Positions 24,663 through 32,000 of a DNA stretch of 32,000 nt are shown here, piece by piece. The stretch is taken from assembly GCF_001017655.1 (NCBI RefSeq), contig NZ_CP010904.1, positions 930,001 to 962,000 on the forward strand, in the 5' to 3' direction. Source of the DNA: Kiritimatiella glycovorans (GTDB lineage Bacteria; Verrucomicrobiota; Kiritimatiellia; Kiritimatiellales; Kiritimatiellaceae). The first letter of the stretch is position 1. Each line of letters opens with the position of its first letter. Position numbers and translations under genes: made by a program. Below the pieces are notes generated by a model. It made no database searches and was not told the DNA's origin. It saw only the letters and a list, made by a program, of their open reading frames with translations.

Positions 24663-26468
24663 TCAGTTTACCCAGAGCAGCACGTTCCCCGCCGCCACCG
24701 AATCGCCGGCTTTGACGGCGATGGAGGACACGGTGCCCTTGACCGGAGACTTGACTTCGGTCTCCATTTTCATGGCCTCCAGGACGGCGAGCAGGTCGCC
24801 CTCGCTGACCGGGTCGCCCACCTGTACGGCGATCTTGTTCACGGTCCCGGGCATCTGGGCCTTCACGGGCTGCGCGTCGCCGGTCGCCGCGCTTTCTTTG
24901 CCGCCGGGCGCGGTGCCTTCCACCTGGACTCCGTCCCGGATGTCGAATTTATAGCTCTTGCCGTTGACCACGGCCTGCGTACCTTCGATCACCACCGAGT
25001 AGGTCCTGCCGTCGACGTCCACGGTGTACCCCTCCGCATCGTCCATGCTCTTCGCGCTGCGCGCGGTCTGCTTGCGGACGTTGGTTTTGGCTTCGCCCTT
25101 GAGGTAGGCGATGCCTTTCTGTTTGCAGGCGGCGGCGATAAAGAGATTCTCCTCCGTCTCGGGCAGGCCGGCGGCCTTGAGCATCGCCCGGGCGGGCTCA
25201 AGTCCCTTGTCCGGATCCGCGTCGTTCAGCTCGATCACGGTCTTGTCCGTCGGCTCGAGCCCGAGCTGTTCGGAGGCGAGTTTCACGATCTCGGGATCGG
25301 GGTCGACCGGCGTGCGCCCGAAGTAGCCGAGCACCATCTTGCCGTAGCCGTCGGCGATCTTCTTCCAGGGCCCCATCATCACGTTGTTGAAGGCCTGCTG
25401 GAAGTAGAACTGCGAGACGGGGGTTACGGAGGTACCGAAGCCGCCGCGCCGGACCACCTCGCCCATGGCGGCGATGATCTCGGGATAGCGGTCCATGAGA
25501 TGGTTGTCGCGCAGCATCTGGGTGTTCGCGGTCAGGGCCCCGCCCGGCATGGGCGAGAAGGGGATGGTCGGCTCGACCGACTTGGCTTCGGGCGGCGTGA
25601 AGTAGTCCTTCATGCAGTCCTTGAAGACCTCTTCGGCCTTGCGCAGTTTCTCGACATCGATATCGAACTCGAACTCGGACCCCCGCAGCGCATGCCACAT
25701 GCTCAGCACGTCGGGCTGTCCGGTTCCGCCGGAGACTGGCGCCATCGAGAGGTCGAGCTGATCGGCCCCGCCGTCGAGGGCGGCCTTGTAGCACATGACG
25801 CCCGTGCCGGCGGTGTCGTGGGTGTGAAAGACGAGCTTCGTTCCCTCCGGCAGTTCCTTCCGCGCGCGGCGGATCGTCTCGTAGACCTTCGCGGGCGTGG
25901 ACGTGCCCGAGGCGTCCTTGAAGCACACGCTGGCGTAGGGGATTTCGGCTTCCAGGATCTCGCGCAGCACGCGCATGTAGAAATCGGGAGTATGCGCGCC
26001 CTCGCAGCCCGGCGGCAGCTCCATCATGCTCACGACCACCTCGTGTTTCAGACCGGCCTCGTGGATGCAGCGGCCGGAATACTTAAGGTTGTTGACATCG
26101 TTGAGCGCGTCGAAGTTGCGGATCGTCGTGATCCCGTGCTTCTTGAACATGCGCGCGTGCAGGTCGATCACGTCGCTCGACTGCGATTCGAGACCCACCA
26201 CGTTGTTGCCGCGAGCCAGGGTCTGCAGGTCCGCGTCCGGTCCCGCCGTCTCGCGGAAGGCGTCCATCATGTCAAATGCGTTTTCATTGCAGTAGAAGAA
26301 CAGCGACTGGAAACGCGCGCCGCCCCCGGCCTCGAAGTGCCGGATACCCGCATCTCTCGTAGCCTCCACGGCGGGGAGGAAGTCCTTGGTGAAAACCCGG
26401 GCCCCGTAGATGGACTGGAAGCCGTCACGGAACGCGGTGATCATGATCTCGATTTTCTTTTTGCCCAC
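24663..26468 (-). CDS. oadA: Biotin-dependent decarboxylase alpha subunit (carboxyltransferase plus C-terminal biotinyl domain; oxaloacetate-decarboxylase-like)
   Basis: The N-terminal TIM-barrel carboxyltransferase domain has FRDGFQS, FKDASGT and HTHDTAGTG. The C-terminal biotinyl domain has EAMKMETEV. Confidence 0.85.
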   Translation of the reverse strand: MGKKKIEIMITAFRDGFQSIYGARVFTKDFLPAVEATRDAGIRHFEAGGGARFQSLFFYCNENAFDMMDAFRETAGPDADLQTLARGNNVVGLESQSSDVIDLHARMFKKHGITTIRNFDALNDVNNLKYSGRCIHEAGLKHEVVVSMMELPPGCEGAHTPDFYMRVLREILEAEIPYASVCFKDASGTSTPAKVYETIRRARKELPEGTKLVFHTHDTAGTGVMCYKAALDGGADQLDLSMAPVSGGTGQPDVLSMWHALRGSEFEFDIDVEKLRKAEEVFKDCMKDYFTPPEAKSVEPTIPFSPMPGGALTANTQMLRDNHLMDRYPEIIAAMGEVVRRGGFGTSVTPVSQFYFQQAFNNVMMGPWKKIADGYGKMVLGYFGRTPVDPDPEIVKLASEQLGLEPTDKTVIELNDADPDKGLEPARAMLKAAGLPETEENLFIAAACKQKGIAYLKGEAKTNVRKQTARSAKSMDDAEGYTVDVDGRTYSVVIEGTQAVVNGKSYKFDIRDGVQVEGTAPGGKESAATGDAQPVKAQMPGTVNKIAVQVGDPVSEGDLLAVLEAMKMETEVKSPVKGTVSSIAVKAGDSVAAGNVLLWVN

Positions 26469-26496
26469 AGCGCGACCCTCTTGTTTTGGTGATGCC

Positions 26497-26739
26497 TTAA
26501 TTTCCGGTATGCGATCGGACGGCGGCCAGAACCACGGCGATGTCCGAACGGTCTTCTTTAGCCACCTCGAGATGGCTTTCGGACTTCTCCGGTTCCGGGA
26601 ACAGGTGTCCGAATTTTCTGAAGAATGCGGCGGAGAGATTCATGGCCGCGACGAGCAGTGCGAGGAAGGCGAATACCGTGGCCATTCCGATCAGTAAGAG
26701 CATCCATCCCTGTGCGATTCCGTCCATGATTCGACCCAC
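26497..26739 (-). CDS. oadG: OadG-like gamma subunit (single-TM small protein)
   Basis: 80 aa with one N-terminal TM helix (WMLLLIGMATVFAFLALLV). It is the first gene of the oadG-A-B order. Confidence 0.6.
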   Translation of the reverse strand: MGRIMDGIAQGWMLLLIGMATVFAFLALLVAAMNLSAAFFRKFGHLFPEPEKSESHLEVAKEDRSDIAVVLAAVRSHTGN

Positions 26740-26846
26740 CCCCGCTCGAATTCCGTGCTTTGGTTTCGCGGCCTCGTCAGAATAAAATGAGGGTCTTCAT
26801 AAAGGCTGTGCCCGGCGCTGACCAGCTTAAAAGGAGAAAATTAATC

Positions 26847-27677
26847 ATGGGGTGGACGGTGGAGTGGATTCCGCGGGTGGATTCGACCAACCGCGAGCTG
26901 CGGCGGCGGGTTGCGCGGGGCAGGGGCGTGGGCGATCGCACCGTCCTGGCGGCCCGGGAACAGACGGCGGGGAGAGGGCGTCATGACCGCGTGTGGCACG
27001 CGGTGCCGGGCCGCGATCTGACCTGCTCGCTGTTCGTGCGCACGAAGGCCCCGCCAACGCGGATGCCTTCGCTGGGCATGGCGGCCGCGGCCGGCGTCGC
27101 GCGATTTGTCGAAGACCTCGGCGTCGAGGCGGGACTGAAGTGGCCCAACGATGTCCTCGCGCGCGGTCACAAGCTGGCGGGACTGCTGACCGTGTCGGCC
27201 GGGGGCGCAGCCGGCGGGGCGGTGATCGGTCTGGGCCTCAACGTGAACATGACGCGCGCCGGGGCGGAGGCGATCGATCAGCCCGCCACGTCGCTGCGGA
27301 TCGAACTGGGCCGGGAAATTCCGGTCGAGCCGCTGCTTGACGACCTGCTGCGGACCGCGGGTCCGGAGATTGATCGCTGGCGTGAGAGAGGCTTCAACGC
27401 CGTACGCGCGACATGGGAGCGGCTGGGGCAGCCCCCCGGCGCGAGTCTCTGCAGGCTCGATTCCGGGGCCGGGGAAACGGGAACCTTCGCGGGATTCGGC
27501 GCGGACGGCCAGCTGCTGCTGCGCGATGGTGACCGGCTGCGCGAGGTGTGGTCCGGCGAGTGGGGCGAACCGACCGACGCGGGCTTCGCCCGCAACCCAG
27601 GAGGGTGGAAGTCAAGTGGTCAACGGTCGGATGACTCTCGCAAAGGCAGAGATCCGCGCAGCGGAAAAAGTTCGTAG
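26847..27677 (+). CDS. birA: Biotin-[acetyl-CoA-carboxylase] ligase, group I (no N-terminal HTH)
   Basis: It starts directly at the catalytic domain (IPRVDSTNRELRR) and carries the GRGRHDRVW biotin-binding loop and KWPNDV. Start is ATG 26847, 10 nt after AAGGAG. There is a basic, Ser/Gly-rich C-terminal tail. Confidence 0.85.
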   Translation: MGWTVEWIPRVDSTNRELRRRVARGRGVGDRTVLAAREQTAGRGRHDRVWHAVPGRDLTCSLFVRTKAPPTRMPSLGMAAAAGVARFVEDLGVEAGLKWPNDVLARGHKLAGLLTVSAGGAAGGAVIGLGLNVNMTRAGAEAIDQPATSLRIELGREIPVEPLLDDLLRTAGPEIDRWRERGFNAVRATWERLGQPPGASLCRLDSGAGETGTFAGFGADGQLLLRDGDRLREVWSGEWGEPTDAGFARNPGGWKSSGQRSDDSRKGRDPRSGKSS

Positions 27678-27755
27678 TAGGCCCGCAGGCCTGCGAAGCA
27701 GGGCCAGGGCCGTGATCTTTCACGCGCCTTGGCCCTTCGGGCGCATGCGGCGCGA

Positions 27756-29015
27756 CTACGAACGTTCGGCCGCGTCGATGAACCGCCGGATCCTCCCGTC
27801 CAGCGCCTGCTGGTCGGTGGCGAAGCTGTGCAGACCGCTGAGATTCATCAGGGCGTCGAGGCCGACCGAGCCGTCGCGAAGGCGGTCCCGCCAGTGTTCC
27901 AGCACGGGGATCTTGCCGTCCCTGCGCACGGTCTCCTCGTCGCCGGGGCTCCATTCCGGAAGGAACCCCGGGAACCCGGCTTCGGCGAAATGGCGGGGCA
28001 GGTCGGGGGGCTGCAGCGAATCCGGGTCTAGGTCCAGCAGGGCCGCGACGGCCTGTTTGAATCCGCGCGGCACGTCCCAGAGTTCGTGGACGAACGAGGC
28101 GTCTTCGTCGAGGTCCACGGCCGGGTCCTCGCCGACCCGGTAGCCGATTCCGTTCGCCGGCTGTTCGCGGTAGGCGCGCGCCACTTTGACGGGAAGGGTG
28201 AAGATATCGACTCCGGCCAGGGCGGCCACCTGCCCGGGGTCGCGCATGCTGGCGCCGATCTGCTTCGTACGGCTCGCGCCGTTTTCCCGCAGCTGGATCA
28301 GTTCCCGCTGTGAGGCGAGCGTGGCCTTTTCTCCGATCCCGGCCCCGCTGCCGAGTCCGCTGTCGACCACAAAGGCGTTCAGGCGGCCCATAAAGACGTT
28401 CGCGAACAGGGGTTGAGCCAGACACGCGGCCAGGTAGTTCTGGCGGGCGGAAAAGCCGAGGGTGAAGTTGACCGGGATGCCTTCCCGTCCGAGGCGGCGT
28501 GCGGCGAGGAATCCCTCGGGCGTCAGCGGCACCTTGACGTAGAACCGCTCGGGGCAGAGGGCGTAATAGCGGCGGCCGTACTCCACGGTAAGCTCGACCC
28601 TGCGGGCGAACGCGGTGTGAAGCTCCACGCTGACATGCGCGTCGAAGCGGTCGACGAGTCTGAGCGCGTGGACGGCATTGAGGACGAATCCCGTCTCCCG
28701 AATCCGCTCCTCCCCGGAGAGCGCGGGCGCTTCCCGGTTCAGAACCCCGGCGATCCGCCGGATGGCCGCATCGTATCCGCCTTTCTGAACCTCCCGGTTC
28801 AGCAGCGTGTTGTTGGTCGTAAGGGCCTCGAACTCCGAGGTCCAGAGTTCCGCGGCCTGATCGATGTCCCCCGTATCCAGCCAGAGACGGGTGCCGGTCT
28901 CCTGCAGCTTGTGCCATTCCGAATCGCCGTGCGGGATCGCGGATGGCGGTTCCTCGAAACGGGCGCGTTCGTCTTCGACCAGGCGATGTACCAGGCCCGC
29001 GATATGGTTGCTCAT
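27756..29015 (-). CDS. Transaldolase-family protein (long form)
   Basis: LWLDTGD, TTNNTL and the candidate Schiff-base Lys in YVKVPLT. Confidence 0.75.
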   Translation of the reverse strand: MSNHIAGLVHRLVEDERARFEEPPSAIPHGDSEWHKLQETGTRLWLDTGDIDQAAELWTSEFEALTTNNTLLNREVQKGGYDAAIRRIAGVLNREAPALSGEERIRETGFVLNAVHALRLVDRFDAHVSVELHTAFARRVELTVEYGRRYYALCPERFYVKVPLTPEGFLAARRLGREGIPVNFTLGFSARQNYLAACLAQPLFANVFMGRLNAFVVDSGLGSGAGIGEKATLASQRELIQLRENGASRTKQIGASMRDPGQVAALAGVDIFTLPVKVARAYREQPANGIGYRVGEDPAVDLDEDASFVHELWDVPRGFKQAVAALLDLDPDSLQPPDLPRHFAEAGFPGFLPEWSPGDEETVRRDGKIPVLEHWRDRLRDGSVGLDALMNLSGLHSFATDQQALDGRIRRFIDAAERS

Positions 29016-29145
29016 GGAGACGGCTCCTTGTCGGCAGTTCCGGTTGCGAGCGAAGATTTACACGGCACACGGTCCGATACACCGGCGCACACGCCTGTAT
29101 CTAATCACAATCCGGCGCTTCCGGCAACCATGAGCCGGCGTCAGT

Positions 29146-29289
29146 CAGCAGTTCTCATTATGGCCGCATTCCGACCGCGGACGGCGTGGCAGCCGTCCCT
29201 CCCGAGTCGATTTCGAACGCATTTTCGGGCATTGGGAGGGTCGGGTGCCACCCCGACCGAAAAGGGTGAAGCCATAATGAGAATCGCTG
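29146..29289 (+). mobile_element. MITE-like non-autonomous element, copy B (144 bp)
   Basis: Same orientation, TIRs and internal stem as 3466-3609. The only 5 substitutions all lie in the apical 30 nt. The flanks GGCGTCAGT (29137-29145) and GGCATTAGT (29290-29298) match at 7 of 9 positions, which may be a decayed TSD. Confidence 0.75.
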
Positions 29290-29293
29290 GGCA

Positions 29294-30181
29294 TTAGTGA
29301 TCCTCATCGTGCCGGCGGATCTTTTCCCGCACAGCCGTCTCGGCCTCGTCGTAGAGTTCGGCGATCGTTTCGTCGGCCAGCGAGTACACGCGGTCCTCGA
29401 ATTCGGTCGTCCCGATCCGCCGGAAAAGGCGCGCTTCCGCATCGGCGACATCCTTGCCGTAGATGTGGTAGGAGTCCGCCTGCCAGTTGAGCCGGCCGAG
29501 ATCGACCGTCCAGCCGGTGCGTTCCGTCAGGCCGGCGGCGATCACATCGCGGTTGAACATGGTGAATCCGAACATGTTCATGAAGTTGGCGCCCCACGCG
29601 TCGTTGCTCCTGAACCGGACGTTGCAGTTCAGGCGCCGCCGGTCGCCTTCGCCGGTCAGGCGGTACCACAGTGACTGCAGGCAGGGGGGGTCGTAACAGT
29701 CCGCATCGATGTGCGGCATCCATGTAATCATCTGTGCCTGGCGGGTGTGCGGCTCGGCCGCGAGCTTGGCGACGACCTGTTCGATCTGGTCGACGCGGAA
29801 CGGTCCCGCCTCCTCGGAGCGCCCCTCCCGGCATTCACGCCAGGTCCCGTAGGAAGCGAGCCTCTGGTGGTAGGTGTACTCCCAGCGCGTATCTTCCGGA
29901 TCGTTGAGGTTCCGGACCCAGTGATCCTTGGCCCCCGCAAGCTCCATGACGTACTCGCGGAGCGCCTCGATTCCGCCCGGAAACGCCCGGTGGATCATCG
30001 GGTCCTTCAGCGGTTCGCGCACGGTCAGGTTGAGCGTCGCGTCCAGGCTGGGCGGGTCGCCTTCGCGGTCGTACTGGGTGCTCATGCGCGCCCCGTTCTC
30101 ATGCAGCGCCAGCAGCGCGCGCTCGTAACCCTCGGCCAGGGTCTCGCCTTCCACGTGCAGTACGGGGATGTCTCCGCTCAT
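29294..30181 (-). CDS. Divergent thymidylate-synthase (ThyA) superfamily protein; substrate not assignable
   Basis: Candidate catalytic Cys in DPPCLQSLWY (ThyA has PPCH), RSNDAWGANFMN (ThyA has RS.D...G.PFN), and FRVDQIEQVV...EPHTRQAQMITWMP (ThyA has DQ....P.SRR...WNP). Start is ATG 30181 after GGAGGAGGAG. The ORF-track start at 30235 has no SD. Confidence 0.7.
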   Translation of the reverse strand: MSGDIPVLHVEGETLAEGYERALLALHENGARMSTQYDREGDPPSLDATLNLTVREPLKDPMIHRAFPGGIEALREYVMELAGAKDHWVRNLNDPEDTRWEYTYHQRLASYGTWRECREGRSEEAGPFRVDQIEQVVAKLAAEPHTRQAQMITWMPHIDADCYDPPCLQSLWYRLTGEGDRRRLNCNVRFRSNDAWGANFMNMFGFTMFNRDVIAAGLTERTGWTVDLGRLNWQADSYHIYGKDVADAEARLFRRIGTTEFEDRVYSLADETIAELYDEAETAVREKIRRHDEDH

Positions 30182-30322
30182 GTCTTCTCCTCCTCCTCGA
30201 TGGACGCGTTCCTGTTGCACCTGACGGTATAGCATATCCCGCCCCGAAATCGGAAAGAAACCTGTTTCATCCCCGGCGCGAGTCCCCTAGGATGGCGCGT
30301 CTGCTCACAGAGGAGAGGGATT

Positions 30323-31147
30323 ATGACGGTACAGGATACGGGGACGAGGATCATGGCGGTGTTCTGCGATTTCGAGAACATCGCGCTGGGGGTGCGCGAG
30401 GCGAAGGACGCCCGCTTTGAAATGGCGCGCGTGCTGGAGCGCCTGCTGATCAAGGGAAACATCGTCGTGCGCAAGGCGTACTGCGACTGGGCGCGCTACA
30501 AGGAATTCAAGCCCTCCATGCACGAGGCCTCTTTCGAACTGATCGAGATTCCCCATGTGCGGCAGTCGGGCAAGAATTCCGCGGATATCCGCATGGTGGT
30601 GGATGCGCTCGACCTCTGCTACACCAAGGAGCACGTCGATACGTTCGTGATCATCTCCGGCGATTCCGACTTTTCACCGCTGGTCAGCAAGCTGCGCGAG
30701 AACAACAAGACCGTGATCGGCGTCGGCGTCAAACAGTCCACGTCGGACCTGCTGACCGCCAACTGCGACGAGTTTATCTACTACGACGACCTCATCCGGC
30801 GGGAGGAAACGGGCCGCAAGCGCGCGGCGGCCGTCTCCCGTTCGGCCGGGAAGTCCAGAGGCGGGAAGTCCGGAGGCGACGCGGACGACCGCAAGGAGGA
30901 GGCGTGGAACTTGATCGTGGAGACCTACGAGGCGATGGTCGAGGAGCGCGGCGAAGGGAGCAAGATCTGGGGTTCGATGATCAAGCAGACCCTCAAGCGG
31001 CGTAAGCCGGGGTTCAACGAATCCTTCTACGGCTTTCGCTCGTTCAATGAACTCCTCGAAGAGGCCCAGCAGAAGGGCATCCTGGATCTGGAGTACGACG
31101 AGAAATCGGGCGGATACATCATCCGCGGATGCCACGGGGCGGGCTGA
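30323..31147 (+). CDS. NYN-domain (LabA/DUF88-like) protein with a C-terminal OST-HTH/LOTUS domain
   Basis: NYN core: AVFCDFENI, NSADIRMVVDA and IISGDSDFSPLV. A basic, low-complexity linker follows. The C-terminal segment has GSMIKQTLKRRKPGFNESFYGFRSFNELLEEA, typical of OST-HTH. Confidence 0.8.
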   Translation: MTVQDTGTRIMAVFCDFENIALGVREAKDARFEMARVLERLLIKGNIVVRKAYCDWARYKEFKPSMHEASFELIEIPHVRQSGKNSADIRMVVDALDLCYTKEHVDTFVIISGDSDFSPLVSKLRENNKTVIGVGVKQSTSDLLTANCDEFIYYDDLIRREETGRKRAAAVSRSAGKSRGGKSGGDADDRKEEAWNLIVETYEAMVEERGEGSKIWGSMIKQTLKRRKPGFNESFYGFRSFNELLEEAQQKGILDLEYDEKSGGYIIRGCHGAG

Positions 31148-31165
31148 AGAACAGCGAGCCGCGAT

Positions 31166-32000
31166 ATGAACTACCTGAGTACACGCGGGGGAATGGCACC
31201 GGTCGGGTTCGGCGACGCCGTGCTGATGGGACTGGCGTCCGACGGCGGGCTGCTGCTGCCCGAGGCGATCCCGGAGGTACGCGACCGCCTCGAGGCGTGG
31301 CGCGGGCTGGATTACGCTTCGCTGGCCTTTGAAGTGATGCGGCTGTTCGCCGACGTGCCGGATGACGACCTCAGGCGGATGGTGGATCGAAGCTATGCCG
31401 TGTTCCGGGATCCCGAAGTGGCACCGGTGAAGCCGGTCGGACCGCTGTGGATCATGGAACTCTTCCACGGTCCGACGCTCGCCTTCAAAGACGTCGCCCT
31501 CCAGTTTCTCGGCCACCTCTTCGAATACCTGCTGGAGCAGCGCGGAGGACGGCTCAACATACTCGGCGCCACGAGCGGCGACACCGGAAGCGCGGCGATC
31601 TACGGCGTGCGCGGGAAGAAGGACATCCGCATCTTTATCATGCACCCGCGCGGCCGCGTGAGCCCCGTCCAGGAGCGTCAGATGACCTCCGTCCTCGACG
31701 GGAATGTTTTCAATCTGGCCGTGGAGGGCAGTTTCGATGACTGCCAGCACATCCTGAAGTCGATCTTCGGCGACGTGGAATTCAAGCAGCGGCATGCGCT
31801 GGGAGCGGTCAATTCCGTCAACTGGGCCCGCGTGATGGCGCAGATCGTCTACTACTTTTACGGGGCCTTCCGCGTGATGGATTCCACGGGCGCGGGTCGC
31901 GTCCGTTTCTCGGTGCCGACGGGCAATTTCGGCGATATTCTTGCGGGCTATCTGGCGTGGAAGATGGGGCTGCCGGTGGACCGCCTCGTGCTGGCGACCA
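31166..32000 (+). CDS. thrC: Threonine synthase, N-terminal 278 codons (3' end outside the window; absent from the ORF track because it has no stop)
   Basis: My own translation from ATG 31166 gives MNYLSTRGG...ELFHGPTLAFKDVALQFLG...GATSGDTGSAAIYG...VPTGNFGDILAGY. The PLP-Lys motif is FKD. Confidence 0.9.
   Translation, partial: MNYLSTRGGMAPVGFGDAVLMGLASDGGLLLPEAIPEVRDRLEAWRGLDYASLAFEVMRLFADVPDDDLRRMVDRSYAVFRDPEVAPVKPVGPLWIMELFHGPTLAFKDVALQFLGHLFEYLLEQRGGRLNILGATSGDTGSAAIYGVRGKKDIRIFIMHPRGRVSPVQERQMTSVLDGNVFNLAVEGSFDDCQHILKSIFGDVEFKQRHALGAVNSVNWARVMAQIVYYFYGAFRVMDSTGAGRVRFSVPTGNFGDILAGYLAWKMGLPVDRLVLAT

Noticed and set aside
25500-26492. 330-aa plus-strand ORF, and the 242-aa minus-strand alternate frame at 25198-25926
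   Set aside because: One is antisense to oadA and the other out of frame with it. The oadA frame carries the carboxyltransferase and biotinyl motifs.
27678-27755. Bidirectional terminator between convergent birA and the transaldolase-family gene
   Set aside because: Only short stems are present (GCCC-ttc-GGGC and the loopless palindrome GCAGGCCTGC), with no T/A tracts. This is too weak to annotate.
27394-29082. 562-aa minus-strand ORF, and plus-strand ORFs at 27337-28143 and 28413-29297
   Set aside because: They are an alternate frame or antisense to birA and the transaldolase-family gene. The 28413-29297 ORF also reads straight through MITE copy B. All are Arg/Pro/Gly-rich.
30674-31795. 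373-aa minus-strand ORF
   Set aside because: It is antisense to the NYN/LOTUS gene and to thrC. The thrC frame carries the classical YLSTRG and HGPTLAFKD motifs but is absent from the track only because it has no stop codon in the window.
1-32000. tRNA, rRNA, tmRNA, RNase P or other housekeeping RNA genes
   Set aside because: All intergenic regions longer than about 100 nt are accounted for by IS ends, the MITE, the dispersed repeat, the riboswitch or divergent promoter regions. I saw no cloverleaf-compatible segment with a GTTCGAATC-type T-loop, but I could not run a covariance-model scan.

Overview
Visibly GC-rich bacterial chromosomal segment; I estimate over 60% GC but did not compute it. 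The gene content is LptD, a PEP-CTERM protein, a Na+-translocating biotin decarboxylase, CstA and a DUF362/polyferredoxin pair. That suggests an anaerobic didermic bacterium, possibly of the PVC group, but this is inference only. Layout: (i) 1-3620 is a pile-up of mobile DNA. It holds a 3' fragment of a DUF4338 gene translationally coupled to an IS66-family transposase, then a complete IS4-family IS (imperfect 21-bp IRs, Y-2-R-3-E-6-K transposase), then a 144-bp MITE-like element with a perfect 10-bp target-site duplication. (ii) 3655-11626 is one long co-directional block that opens with a clear TPP riboswitch and thiC. It continues through tightly overlapping genes (class-IV aminotransferase, small unknown protein, PHP phosphatase) into DUF362, polyferredoxin, DCC thiol oxidoreductase and an MFS transporter. 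(iii) 11.6-20.3 kb holds a PEP-CTERM protein, accB-accC-asp23-amaP-gmhA-pfkB-lptD, and four copies of a dispersed structured intergenic repeat. (iv) 20.3-32 kb holds cstA, DUF89-panD, oadGAB divergent from birA, a transaldolase-family gene, a second MITE copy, a divergent ThyA-superfamily gene, a NYN+LOTUS protein and the 5' part of thrC. I found no CRISPR array, tRNA, rRNA or recognisable defence or toxin system. The least explained signals are non-coding: the MITE, the dispersed repeat family with an apparently covarying hairpin, and the unusual cargo downstream of the TPP riboswitch. Many long ORFs in the six-frame track are antisense or alternate-frame artefacts of high GC. All protein calls rest on motifs recognised by eye, not on database searches.
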